This document shows positions 1 to 8,364 of a stretch of 64,000 nt of DNA, one piece after another; positions within the stretch are counted from its first letter, which is position 1; the number at the start of each line of letters is the position of its first letter. The stretch is from Minisyncoccota bacterium. Lineage in GTDB: Bacteria; Patescibacteriota; Minisyncoccia; UBA6257; 2-01-FULL-56-20. A program made the position numbers and the translations under genes. Below the pieces are notes generated by a model. That model ran no database searches and was not told the origin of the DNA. It worked only from the letters and a program-made list of their open reading frames with translations. The stretch covers positions 889-64,888 of the forward strand of contig DATAXS010000004.1 of NCBI GenBank assembly GCA_036266715.1, given 5' to 3'.

Positions 1-1
1 C

Positions 2-1351
2 ACGCCGTTCGACGCCTCGTCTTCTTTGACCACCGCGAGCACGACCTCAATCTCGAGCGGTTCGGCAAGTCCAACGTCCACCGAGGAATTGCTCTTCGGC
101 GTAGGGTATTTTAATCCGGCGAGCGGTTCCATTTTGCCGGGGTCGGGATTCACACTGGAGACATCCTCCACGGTGAGCAACACCTATGTGGAAGACCAGA
201 ATGCGTACGTGACGGGCCCGGAAGCCGCCACGTGGAGCTATTCCGGAAGTTCGCCGCCCACCACGAGCTCGTCTGCGGCCATCATCACGTTTATCGGGGG
301 CTCCAATGAAAGTTCCTACACCCCGTGGACCTATTACCGAGCGCTCACCGTAACGAGCAGCGCCGCGGTCGCGTCCGGCACAAACTCCAATTTCCCGATG
401 CTGGTATCGTCGGTCGTGTCTTCATGGGCTTCGTCCGCGCACGGCGGCACCATCCAGAACCTTTGCACTGCGCCGAATGGTTCCCAGGAGCCGTGCGACC
501 TTGCGTTTGCCACCTCGGCGTCCAATTGCCAGGGAGGGAATTATCTCAATTTTGAGACGGAGGCGTACAACTCATCCACGGGTGCCTTGGTTGATTGGGT
601 GAATGTACCCACAATGGCCACGGGCACCGTCATTTATACATGCTATGACTCCGGGGTCGCGTATGACTTGAGTAATCCCGCAGGCACATGGAACAGCAAC
701 TATCTGGAAGTGGCTCACCTCGCAGATGACGCCTCTTCCACGACCGTCGTGGAGTCCACCGCCAACGACCTTACCGGCAAAAGTACGAGCAGCACCAATC
801 AGATAAGTGTACCTGGTCCATTTGGCGCCACGGCGCTTAGTTTCAGCACCAGCGGCATTTCCTTCGCAACCACTTCTTTGCTCAATTTCACCACGTCATC
901 ATTCAGTACGGAACTATGGGAGGATACGCAAACCATTGGTAACTATAATACCTTCTTGGGTCCGGGAGCCTACTGCACCGGTGGATGGTACGAGCAATGG
1001 AAGGGCGGCACTAATCAAGTGCAGTTTTATGTCTGCTCGGCGGGAGGAGCGTATGTTACGGGAGGTACGCTTGCCACGGGTACGTGGAAAGACCTGGTGT
1101 TCACCCGAAATGGTATAAATTGGGCGTGGTATATAAATGGTGCCCTAAGCTCAAGCGGCACAAACTTTAGCAATCCCACAAGCGAGCCGAATGTCCAAAA
1201 CCACCTCGGTATGAACAACGGGGGCAATGGCTATCTTGCCGAAATGCGCGTGGCGAGCGGCGCCTTGTCTTCGCAGTGGATCCTTACGCAATACAACAAC
1301 GAATCATCGCCTTCAACTTTTTATGCGATTGGTTCGCAGACGTCATTCTAG
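2..1351 (+). CDS. Ser/Thr-rich secreted or surface protein with a C-terminal concanavalin-A-like (Laminin_G_3-type) domain; 5'-partial, the frame is open to the window edge
   Basis: The long ORF stays open upstream of position 26, and the track start is TTG. Low-complexity S/T-rich N-terminal region. The C-terminal block WYINGALSS...YLAEMRVASGALSSQWIL resembles the LamG_3 signature. Confidence 0.5.
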   Translation, partial: TPFDASSSLTTASTTSISSGSASPTSTEELLFGVGYFNPASGSILPGSGFTLETSSTVSNTYVEDQNAYVTGPEAATWSYSGSSPPTTSSSAAIITFIGGSNESSYTPWTYYRALTVTSSAAVASGTNSNFPMLVSSVVSSWASSAHGGTIQNLCTAPNGSQEPCDLAFATSASNCQGGNYLNFETEAYNSSTGALVDWVNVPTMATGTVIYTCYDSGVAYDLSNPAGTWNSNYLEVAHLADDASSTTVVESTANDLTGKSTSSTNQISVPGPFGATALSFSTSGISFATTSLLNFTTSSFSTELWEDTQTIGNYNTFLGPGAYCTGGWYEQWKGGTNQVQFYVCSAGGAYVTGGTLATGTWKDLVFTRNGINWAWYINGALSSSGTNFSNPTSEPNVQNHLGMNNGGNGYLAEMRVASGALSSQWILTQYNNESSPSTFYAIGSQTSF

Positions 1352-3520
1352 ATGGACCGCGTGCCGGAACTCCGCCATTTTTACTTTGAGCGCCGGGTAG
1401 GCTTTAAGCGACGGGTCGCTCTTCACCACCGTGACGGCGGCTTCGCGGCTCGCCTTTACGAGTTCGGGGTCCTGGAGCGCGGACATGGCGATGTCGGGGA
1501 GCCCGGTCTGCACTTCGCCGAAGAATTGCCCCGGTCCACGGAGGGCGAGGTCTTTTTCCGCGAGTTCAAATCCGTTGGTTGCTTCCATAAGCGCCTTGAG
1601 CCGCGCGTTCGCGGCCTTGGCATCCGAGTCCGCCATCAAGAAGCAATAGGACTGGTTCTCGCCGCGGCCCACGCGGCCGCGGAACTGGTAGAGCTGCGCC
1701 AACCCGAAGCGTTCCGCGCCCTCTATCATCATGACGGTGGCGTTCGGCACGTCCACGCCCACTTCCACGACGGAGGTGGTCACTAAAATATCGAACTCGC
1801 GGTCCTTAAAGCGGCGCATGGTGTCTTCCTTTTCTTTTGGCTTCATCTGGCCGTGGAGCATGGCGAGGCGGAGGTCGGGGAAAATTTTGGTCCGCAGCTT
1901 TTCGTATTCTTCTTTTACGGAGCGGAGCTCGAGCTTCTGCGCGGTTTCTTCCGCGGATGGCTCAATGCGCGGGCAGATCACAAAAACTTGCCGCCCGGCA
2001 CGCACTTCTTTTTTTACGAAGTCGTACGTGAGCTGCCGTTCTATCGGCATTACGATCTTGGTGTTCACGGGTTTGCGTCCGCCGGGAAGTTCCGTGATGA
2101 GCGAAAGGTCCAGGTCGCCGAACACGGTGAGCATGAGCGTGCGGGGGATGGGCGTGGCGGACATGCTGAGGAAGTGGGGGACAAAGCTTTTGTGGTTCGT
2201 GCCGCCATTTGCGCCATTTTTTTTGCTGCCCAGCGCCGCGCGCTGGCGGACGCCGAACCGGTGCTGTTCGTCAATGATGACGAGGCCGAGGTTTTTGAAC
2301 GAGACCGCTTTTTCAATAAGTGCGTGCGTGCCGAACACGATGGCTACCTCGCCGTTTTCCACTTTCTTTGCCATCGCGGCGCGCGACACGTCCGCCGCCA
2401 TATCGTTTTCGTAGAAGACGACGGCGCTCGTGCCGGTGAGGAGCCCGATGGCGGGTTGCGCGCCGGTGCCCGCAGCGCCTGCGCCGCGCGACATGCGCGC
2501 AAGCAGCCCTTTCATGGTTTCAAAATGCTGGCGCGCTAGGATCTCCGTGGGCGCCATGAAGGCCGTTTGGACGCCGTTCGCGGCCGCGGAAATTGCGGCG
2601 ATCGCGGCGACCACCGTTTTGCCGGAACCCACGTCGCCCTGGAGCAGGCGGTTCATGGGCGAGGGCTTTTCAATATCTTTAATAATCTCCCAGAGCGATT
2701 TTTTTTGCGAAGGAGTGAGTTCAAAGGGGAGCTCCGCGAGAATTGCCTTCACGTGTTCAATGTCCGTTTTTACGACCGGCGCTTTTTCCTGCGCAAGCTT
2801 TAATTTTTGTTGCAGGTTTACGAGCTGAAGAAGGAAAAGGTCCTCAAACGAAAATCGCCGCGTGGCAGCAGACGCTTCTTCCAGTGTTTGGGGAAAGTGG
2901 ACCGCCTGGAGCGCGTGGTTCGCGTCCGGAAAGCCGAGTGCCGCGAGCGTTTCCTGCGGAATCCATTCTTTAAAGGTCGGCACGCGCTTCAGGACGGATT
3001 GCATGATGAAGCGGATGCCGCGCGAGGTGAGCCCGCGGGTTTCCGGGTAGATGGGCACAAGCCGCGCGGTGTGCTTGGTTTCGTCAAATTGTTCGGGCGT
3101 GCCCCTGAGCGCTTCGTACGCCGGGTGGCTCAGGTACATTTCGCTTTCGTCGGAGAGGGATACCTTTCCGGAAAAGTTCGCGAGGCGCCCCACCTTTAAA
3201 ATGTTCGCCACGTAGGGTTGGTTGAACCAAATGGCGCGGATGGTGCCGCTGTCGTCCGCGATGGTTGCTTCCACGATGGACATTTGCCTGCGGAAGCTGC
3301 GCCCGAGGTGTACTTCTTCCACCACGCCTTGGATGGTGGCCTGCTGGCCCGGTTCCAGTTCGGCAACGGAATATACTTTTGAAAAATCTTCGTAGCGCGC
3401 GGGGAAATGGAAGAGCAGATCGCGCACCGTGTGGATGCCCAAATTTTCAAGACGGCGCAGAAACGCGGAGCGCGCGCCCAAGACCTCGTACAGCGGTGTG
3501 TCTAACGCCACTTGGGCCAT
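1343..3520 (-). CDS. recG: ATP-dependent DNA helicase RecG
   Basis: N-terminal wedge/OB region, DEQH helicase motifs (GSGKT, DEQHRFG) and C-terminal helicase domain. I prefer the start at MAQVALD (3520) over the track start at 3619. Confidence 0.9.
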   Translation of the reverse strand: MAQVALDTPLYEVLGARSAFLRRLENLGIHTVRDLLFHFPARYEDFSKVYSVAELEPGQQATIQGVVEEVHLGRSFRRQMSIVEATIADDSGTIRAIWFNQPYVANILKVGRLANFSGKVSLSDESEMYLSHPAYEALRGTPEQFDETKHTARLVPIYPETRGLTSRGIRFIMQSVLKRVPTFKEWIPQETLAALGFPDANHALQAVHFPQTLEEASAATRRFSFEDLFLLQLVNLQQKLKLAQEKAPVVKTDIEHVKAILAELPFELTPSQKKSLWEIIKDIEKPSPMNRLLQGDVGSGKTVVAAIAAISAAANGVQTAFMAPTEILARQHFETMKGLLARMSRGAGAAGTGAQPAIGLLTGTSAVVFYENDMAADVSRAAMAKKVENGEVAIVFGTHALIEKAVSFKNLGLVIIDEQHRFGVRQRAALGSKKNGANGGTNHKSFVPHFLSMSATPIPRTLMLTVFGDLDLSLITELPGGRKPVNTKIVMPIERQLTYDFVKKEVRAGRQVFVICPRIEPSAEETAQKLELRSVKEEYEKLRTKIFPDLRLAMLHGQMKPKEKEDTMRRFKDREFDILVTTSVVEVGVDVPNATVMMIEGAERFGLAQLYQFRGRVGRGENQSYCFLMADSDAKAANARLKALMEATNGFELAEKDLALRGPGQFFGEVQTGLPDIAMSALQDPELVKASREAAVTVVKSDPSLKAYPALKVKMAEFRHAVHLE

Positions 3521-3576
3521 TGATGTGCCCGTAGTATACCATAGCGGCATATGCGCGTACAAAAAATAGAGAACCG

Positions 3577-3650
3577 CGCAAGAAGGCAGAGCACTATTGG
3601 GGGCAGAGTACGGAGCCACACTGCCCCCAATAGTGCTCTGCCTTCTTGCG
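3577..3650. repeat. Perfect palindrome H1: 30-bp stem (cgcaagaaggcagagcactattgggggcag) with 14-nt loop AGTACGGAGCCACA. It lies immediately after the stop of the 3658-4401 gene and is followed on the minus strand by a T-tract
   Basis: Arms at 3577-3606 and 3621-3650 are exact reverse complements. The loop contains GGAGCC. Confidence 0.9.
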
Positions 3651-3657
3651 TAGGCTG

Positions 3658-4401
3658 CTATTCTTCTTTTGTGCTGCGTACTTTTGCCGCGAGGAATGTG
3701 GCTATTTTATCGTCGCGATCGATATAGATAAGGATGCGGCGCAAGAATTCCCTGAGGCCCTTTTGAAGCGTTTCTTGCGGGGCGTTTTTTAAGGACGCCG
3801 GCCATTCAAAATGAGAAACCAATTTTTCGTAGTGCGGTGAGCGTTCTTTTAATAATTCCTCCGCCGAAACAGAGTCGGCAAGTTCAATCTCCAATCCATG
3901 CTTTTTAAGGATGTTCTCAAAAAGCTGGCGCGCCCTCGGAAGATGATATTCGTTGGTTTCCAAAAGAATTTTTTTGATATCTTCCTGGTCCAGCAGGGCA
4001 AGCACATTCTCAATGCCTTCGGAAGTATTTACGGATGTCCCTTCCGTGAGGATGGCATTTTCAGGAATACCATGGGTGAGCAGGTAGTGTTTCATTACCT
4101 CTGCGATGCTCGTATCCGTAGGGAGATCTTTTTGATGGCCGCTCCCGCTTATGATTATCTTTTTTACTTTGCCCTTTTCAAAAAGTTCCAACGCGCCGAT
4201 GGCCCTCATTTTTGATTCAAGCGACGGGACTGCGTTTCCCTCCTTCACCTCAAACCATTCCCCGAAAACCACGACCGCGTCCGCGTCGGGAATGGTTTCG
4301 AGTGCCTCCTCCGTTTCCCGACCGTTTTCCATTTGTTCGGGATCGTGTGGTATTGGCCCTTGTTCAAACTTTCTCGGAGGCATAGCGATATTATATACCA
4401 A
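3658..4401 (-). CDS. DUF218 / YdcF-ElyC-SanA family protein
   Basis: The GSGHQ-containing central region resembles the DUF218 fold. Start is MVYNIAMPPRK at 4401. Confidence 0.55.
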   Translation of the reverse strand: MVYNIAMPPRKFEQGPIPHDPEQMENGRETEEALETIPDADAVVVFGEWFEVKEGNAVPSLESKMRAIGALELFEKGKVKKIIISGSGHQKDLPTDTSIAEVMKHYLLTHGIPENAILTEGTSVNTSEGIENVLALLDQEDIKKILLETNEYHLPRARQLFENILKKHGLEIELADSVSAEELLKERSPHYEKLVSHFEWPASLKNAPQETLQKGLREFLRRILIYIDRDDKIATFLAAKVRSTKEE

Positions 4402-4410
4402 TTTCCTGCG

Positions 4411-4687
4411 GGTGTGCCCTCGCGAGGAATTTCACTGCTCGGCCGCGCAACGCGGCCTGCGCGTGCGGCACCCACGGTGCCGCACTGTCGCCGTAAGAAC
4501 GGCGACACTCCTCCACGGGGAAACTGCGTTTCCCCGACCCCCTTCCTTGTTCAATTCCTCCCCAAAAAACACAAGCATCTTCCTCTGCATTCCAAAGGCG
4601 TCTCGGAGGCACGAAGGTGCCGAGAGAGAGCGGCCATGCCAGCAGGCATGGACCGCGTCCTTTGGAATGCAGAGGAAGATGCTTGTG
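4411..4687 (-). mobile_element. Element A, about 275 bp, inserted at the tRNA-Arg 3' end. It consists of a 29-bp perfect hairpin (4570-4598 / 4659-4687) with a 60-nt structured loop, a conserved core (4508-4560), three small hairpins (4441-4497) and a direct repeat of the tRNA 3' end (4411-4435)
   Basis: The order, when read in the tRNA sense, matches the element at 14447-14726. Core identity spans more than 40 nt and includes GGGGAAACNNNGTTTCCCC. The terminal sequence AATTCCTCGCGAGGGCA duplicates the tRNA-Arg T-loop/acceptor 3' end. Confidence 0.7.
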
Positions 4688-4757
4688 CCCTCGCGAGGAA
4701 TTGAACCTCGATCGACTCGTTAGGAGTGAGCCGTTCTATCCGTTGAACTACGAGGGC
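4686..4757 (-). tRNA. tRNA-Arg (anticodon CCT)
   Basis: Manual fold of the minus strand: acceptor GCCCTCG/CGAGGGC, D-arm GTTC..GAAC, anticodon loop CTCCTAA, T-arm CGAGG-TTCAATT-CCTCG, discriminator A. No CCA is encoded. Confidence 0.8.
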
Positions 4758-4839
4758 GTTCGGACTACACTAATATGTGACCGGTACTCGGGTACTATAG
4801 GCGATTGACGGAAAGGTCGCAATACTTTATATCATATAC

Positions 4840-5121
4840 ATGTCATCAATCAGCGCTTCGTGGGGCGGACCGTTCGCGGCATTCTTTACGGGCTCCGGGG
4901 CGGTGGTCCTTGTGATCATCGTCATCTGGTCCATTTTCTGGAAGGGCCTCGCACTTTGGAGGTCCGCACGGAACGGGAGCAAGATATGGTTCATCGTCCT
5001 ACTCATCGTGAACACCCTCGGCATCTTGGAAATCCTCTATATATATGTGTTCAGCAAGATGGGAAAGAAGAGGGCCGCGATGGAATCACAATCGCAGCAG
5101 GGCGGATCGGAAAATAAATAG
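4840..5121 (+). CDS. Small two-TM membrane protein, possibly PLD-nuclease N-terminal-domain-like
   Basis: Two hydrophobic helices with a W-rich motif (WSIFWKGLALW...IWFIVLLIVNTLGILEILYIY). Confidence 0.4.
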   Translation: MSSISASWGGPFAAFFTGSGAVVLVIIVIWSIFWKGLALWRSARNGSKIWFIVLLIVNTLGILEILYIYVFSKMGKKRAAMESQSQQGGSENK

Positions 5122-5129
5122 CTTGTGGC

Positions 5130-5200
5130 GGGCTCATAGTAAAATGGCATTACGGATCCATGGCATGGATCAGGTCGGGGTTCGATTCCCCGTGGGTCCA
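5130..5200 (+). tRNA. tRNA-Ala (anticodon GGC)
   Basis: Acceptor GGGCTCA/TGGGTCC with the G3:U70 pair, anticodon loop ATGGCAT, T-arm CGGGG-TTCGATT-CCCCG. Confidence 0.75.
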
Positions 5201-5203
5201 CAA

Positions 5204-5289
5204 GGAGGGGTCGGATAGTGGTTCATTCCACCGCACTTGAAATGCGGCGCCCCGAAAGGGGCTCGTGAGTTCGAATCTCACCCCCTCCG
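5204..5289 (+). tRNA. tRNA-Ser (anticodon TGA), type II with a long variable arm
   Basis: Acceptor GGAGGGG/CCCCTCC, anticodon loop CTTGAAA, 17-nt variable arm CGCCCCGAAAGGGGCTC, T-arm GTGAG-TTCGAAT-CTCAC. Confidence 0.75.
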
Positions 5290-5375
5290 CGTCAAGGTTG
5301 ACGGAATTGATAAGAGCAAGGTTCTAATTGATTATTCTCGCTACTCAGTGCTATTGTTTGTCCATGATCTATAGG

Positions 5376-5699
5376 ATGAAGCTGGCAACTGAATATTTCG
5401 ACAAAATAGAAGCCGGTACGAAGAGCATCGAGTGTCGCCTTTACGATGAGAAAAGGCAACAGATCAAAATCGGTGATAACATCGAATTCAGTGATGCCCA
5501 GGATGGAAAAAGGAAGGTTATGTCAGAAGTAGTGGCGTTGCACCAGTTCCGCTCTTTTGGAGATTTGTTTAAGAGATTTTCTGTCGTTGCTCTCGGGGGC
5601 AATACAAAGGATGAAGTATTCTCGGCGTTAAGAAAGTTCTATTCCCCCGAAGATGAAGAAAAGTATGGTGTCGTCGGCATAGAAATTAAACTCGTATAA
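5376..5699 (+). CDS. ASCH-domain (PUA-like fold) protein
   Basis: MKLATEYFDKIEAGTKSIECRLYDEKRQ matches the ASCH N-terminal signature. The gene is lower in GC than its neighbours. The track start is 5328 and I prefer the internal ATG. Confidence 0.65.
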   Translation: MKLATEYFDKIEAGTKSIECRLYDEKRQQIKIGDNIEFSDAQDGKRKVMSEVVALHQFRSFGDLFKRFSVVALGGNTKDEVFSALRKFYSPEDEEKYGVVGIEIKLV

Positions 5700-5740
5700 A
5701 AAAGGCGTCCAAGCATAACTGCGCTTGGACGCCCGTTGTT
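5700..5740. terminator. Bidirectional hairpin between two convergent ASCH genes
   Basis: The 11-bp stem ggcgtccaagc/gcttggacgcc is flanked by an A-run and a T-rich stretch. Confidence 0.5.
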
Positions 5741-5748
5741 CGTTTCCG

Positions 5749-7089
5749 CTAAAGAGGATCGATCTCCAGGACTACCATCCCGAGCTTTTCCTTCTCCGAC
5801 GGATAGATTTGCTTCAGAAGTTGAAACGTCTCCTCCTTTGACGAAAGATCGGGGGCGATTTTTTCCCACGGCTCTTTGTCGAGGAGTAGCGCGATAGTCG
5901 GGTAACGGCGGATGGCCTTCACTCGGATATCGAGCGTGCTTTCGTGTGAGACGAATCTAATGCGCTCACCAACCTGGATACGATTGATGTTATCGTATCC
6001 GACCCTTACCTCCAGCGTCTTTTTTCTGGAGCGGGCCAGATTGATGAAGCGGGGCTTGACTCTCATTTCTCTCATAGTCGTAGCTCCTATCTCCAGACTC
6101 CACTGGTACGTAATAACTCCCGGACGGTACGCGGACGGCATTGCTGCGTCCAGTTTCCAACCGAAGCGTTGCAGTGAAACCACCTCGCTTGCAGTCGGGT
6201 TGATGTGGATATACAGCTTCCGTCCATATTGGACGAGTTGATGGGGGAGATCGACGAGTAGCGCATCGAATGCCGCTCGGCCCTTTGCGATAAAAGGCAT
6301 CACCTTAATGGGTTCGCCCTTCTTCGGCGTCATCCCGGCGACGCCGACGATCTCGCCCGTGCCGCTCACCGCGACGTAAATCAGTTTGAACTTTACGTTG
6401 ATGTCGCCGATGTGCCGCCGTGCGTAACCGCCATAAAGCGCCTTGATCCAATTCTCGTCCACGCCACCGAATGATTCCGGCAACGTGGTGAGAAGTAGCT
6501 TGGAGGTCTCGGCTTCGTGTTTCTCTTCGAGCGGTATCACGGAGATATGCACTCTCTCGTAAGCGGCCATTTCTTCCGCCTCGTAAAGAATCTTGTAGAG
6601 CATCGTTTCCACGACACCCGCCTTGTAGTGACTTGCCGAACTACCGGCACGAACGAATCCCTTCCGAAGAAAGAACTGCATTGCTCCGACATTCGATTCT
6701 GCGACCGTGCAATAGAGTTGGCGGGCATTGTGATCTCGTGCGTATTGCTCGGCGTGTTTGAGTAGGACGCTCCCGATACCAAGTTTCCCGCGAAACTCGG
6801 ACGCAAGGATGAGCGGACTGATCTTGTAGGTTTCTTGCCGTTTGCCGACGAGATGAATCATCCCGGCGCGAACGCCATTAACCTCAACGATAAACATCCT
6901 CTGCTCAAACGAGAAAAAACCTACCAAGTCCATTCCTCCGCTCAGATGAGCTTCGAGAATTCGCTTGGCATGAGCGCGATGATCCCCGCCGTAAAACGGT
7001 TCAAGCGCGTCCTGCATGAGGTCTGAGACCCACGCCGAATCGCTTTCAACCGCTTCGCGAATTACCACTTCTGCCTTTTCAGTTGTCAT
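5749..7089 (-). CDS. Fusion protein: tandem GNAT acetyltransferase domains followed by a C-terminal ASCH domain
   Basis: Acetyl-CoA motif R-GKLGIGSVLL in the first GNAT-like unit, a second GNAT-like unit around residues 170-330, and a C-terminal ASCH-like block (VKPRFINLARSRKKTLEVRVGYDNI...LGMVVLEID). Confidence 0.7.
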   Translation of the reverse strand: MTTEKAEVVIREAVESDSAWVSDLMQDALEPFYGGDHRAHAKRILEAHLSGGMDLVGFFSFEQRMFIVEVNGVRAGMIHLVGKRQETYKISPLILASEFRGKLGIGSVLLKHAEQYARDHNARQLYCTVAESNVGAMQFFLRKGFVRAGSSASHYKAGVVETMLYKILYEAEEMAAYERVHISVIPLEEKHEAETSKLLLTTLPESFGGVDENWIKALYGGYARRHIGDINVKFKLIYVAVSGTGEIVGVAGMTPKKGEPIKVMPFIAKGRAAFDALLVDLPHQLVQYGRKLYIHINPTASEVVSLQRFGWKLDAAMPSAYRPGVITYQWSLEIGATTMREMRVKPRFINLARSRKKTLEVRVGYDNINRIQVGERIRFVSHESTLDIRVKAIRRYPTIALLLDKEPWEKIAPDLSSKEETFQLLKQIYPSEKEKLGMVVLEIDPL

Positions 7090-7314
7090 AGACTCTCCTT
7101 TGAAGATAGCTCTGCACCCGTTTGCACGAATGCAGTGAGCAACCCTAAGGGCTGGCTATTCTATATCAAAAATACATCGCTAAGTCAATGATTTTTCGCG
7201 AGAACGAATGAACTCCATGAACCGCGTTACCTCGGCGGGGATTAGGCAGAAATAGTCAGATAGGTTCGAATATCGTCTACAACACCCCGCTTTGTATAGA
7301 CGCGTACTATCCTG

Positions 7315-8154
7315 ATGAGGAACAATACGCGGCGAGGTGGTATGATCAGATATACTAGGATGAACCAACCCTCCCTACAACAATTGATAGATCTTAAGGG
7401 GAAAACTGCCATGGTGACGGGCGGCGCGATGGGCATCGGTCTCGGCATTGCGCGAAGGCTCGCGGAAGCGGGCGCGAGCGTGATCGTCGCCGACATGAAC
7501 GAAGGTGCGGGCATGGCGGCAGTAAAAGAGCTGCAAGACAACGGCGGCAAAGCAGCATTCGTAAAAACCGATGTGTCCGATGCGCAGAACGTGCAGGCGG
7601 CCGCGGACTTTGCCGTAAAAACATTTGGCGGCATTGATATCCTCGTGAACAATGCGGGTATTTATCCGTTGATCCTGGTGATGGAGATGCAAGCGGCTGA
7701 TTTTGAAAAGATCGTGAGTGTGAACTTAAAAAGTGTTTTTTATTTTACGAAGACGGTGGCCGGCATTATGATCGCCCAGGGAAGGGGAGGAAAAATAATA
7801 AATATCAGTTCAATTGATGCCCTCCATCCTTCGGGGGTCGGCCTTGCGGCATACGACGCCACAAAGCACGGCATTTGGGGCTTTACAAAGAATACTGCTC
7901 TGGAGCTTGCGCCGCACAACATACAAGTGAATGCATTGGCTCCGGGCAGTATCGCGACGCCGGGTAGCGGAGCGGACAAACCTATCTCTCCCGATATGGA
8001 AGCAATGAGCAAGCGCTTTCTTGAGCGGATTCCAATGAAGCGCATGGGCGAGCCCGACGACATCGGCAAAGTCGCGCTCTTCCTTGCTTCTGGTCTTGCG
8101 GGTTACATGACCGGCACGCAAGTGGTGGTGGACGGAGGGGTATTGCTCGCGTAA
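7315..8154 (+). CDS. Short-chain dehydrogenase/reductase (SDR) family oxidoreductase
   Basis: TGGAMGIG Rossmann motif, NNAGI motif and YxxxK-type active-site region. The start could instead be 7342 or 7360. Confidence 0.8.
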   Translation: MRNNTRRGGMIRYTRMNQPSLQQLIDLKGKTAMVTGGAMGIGLGIARRLAEAGASVIVADMNEGAGMAAVKELQDNGGKAAFVKTDVSDAQNVQAAADFAVKTFGGIDILVNNAGIYPLILVMEMQAADFEKIVSVNLKSVFYFTKTVAGIMIAQGRGGKIINISSIDALHPSGVGLAAYDATKHGIWGFTKNTALELAPHNIQVNALAPGSIATPGSGADKPISPDMEAMSKRFLERIPMKRMGEPDDIGKVALFLASGLAGYMTGTQVVVDGGVLLA

Positions 8155-8169
8155 CGAACTTTAGAGGAT

Positions 8170-8198
8170 TTGACAAATTCGTCCGCCTGAAATATACT
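8170..8198 (+). promoter_or_regulatory. Sigma70-like promoter TTGACA-N17-TATACT for the rplJL operon
   Basis: Exact spacing and near-consensus hexamers. Confidence 0.6.
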
Positions 8199-8204
8199 GT
8201 CTGT

Positions 8205-8364
8205 ACTTCCAAAGACCGCAGGCATCCGAGAGAAAACGGAATAAGCACCTGCCGAGGAAAGCACCAATGCCATTAGGGGCGGCGGTGCACCCGCGAATGG
8301 CTTTGGAAAGCCGTTTTTTATTTATCTCGCGGACTCGGGCTTTGCCCCTGCCGCACAAAAACCA
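8205..8364 (+). promoter_or_regulatory. rplJ leader region (autoregulatory L10 leader-like) with attenuator hairpin ggctttggaaagcc plus T6 at 8299-8319
   Basis: About 160-nt untranslated leader between the promoter and rplJ, with a stem-loop and T-run. Its position matches the known L10(L12)4 autoregulatory leader. Confidence 0.5.

Noticed and set aside
4391-4704. ORFs 4391-4612(-), 4333-4704(+), 4151-4723(+) and 14442-14651(+), which share the peptide GG(F/I)EQGRGSGKRSFPV
   Set aside because: They lie across the repeated non-coding element (core GGGGAAAC..GTTTCCCC) in opposite orientations. The shared peptide is a translation of the repeat, not a gene.
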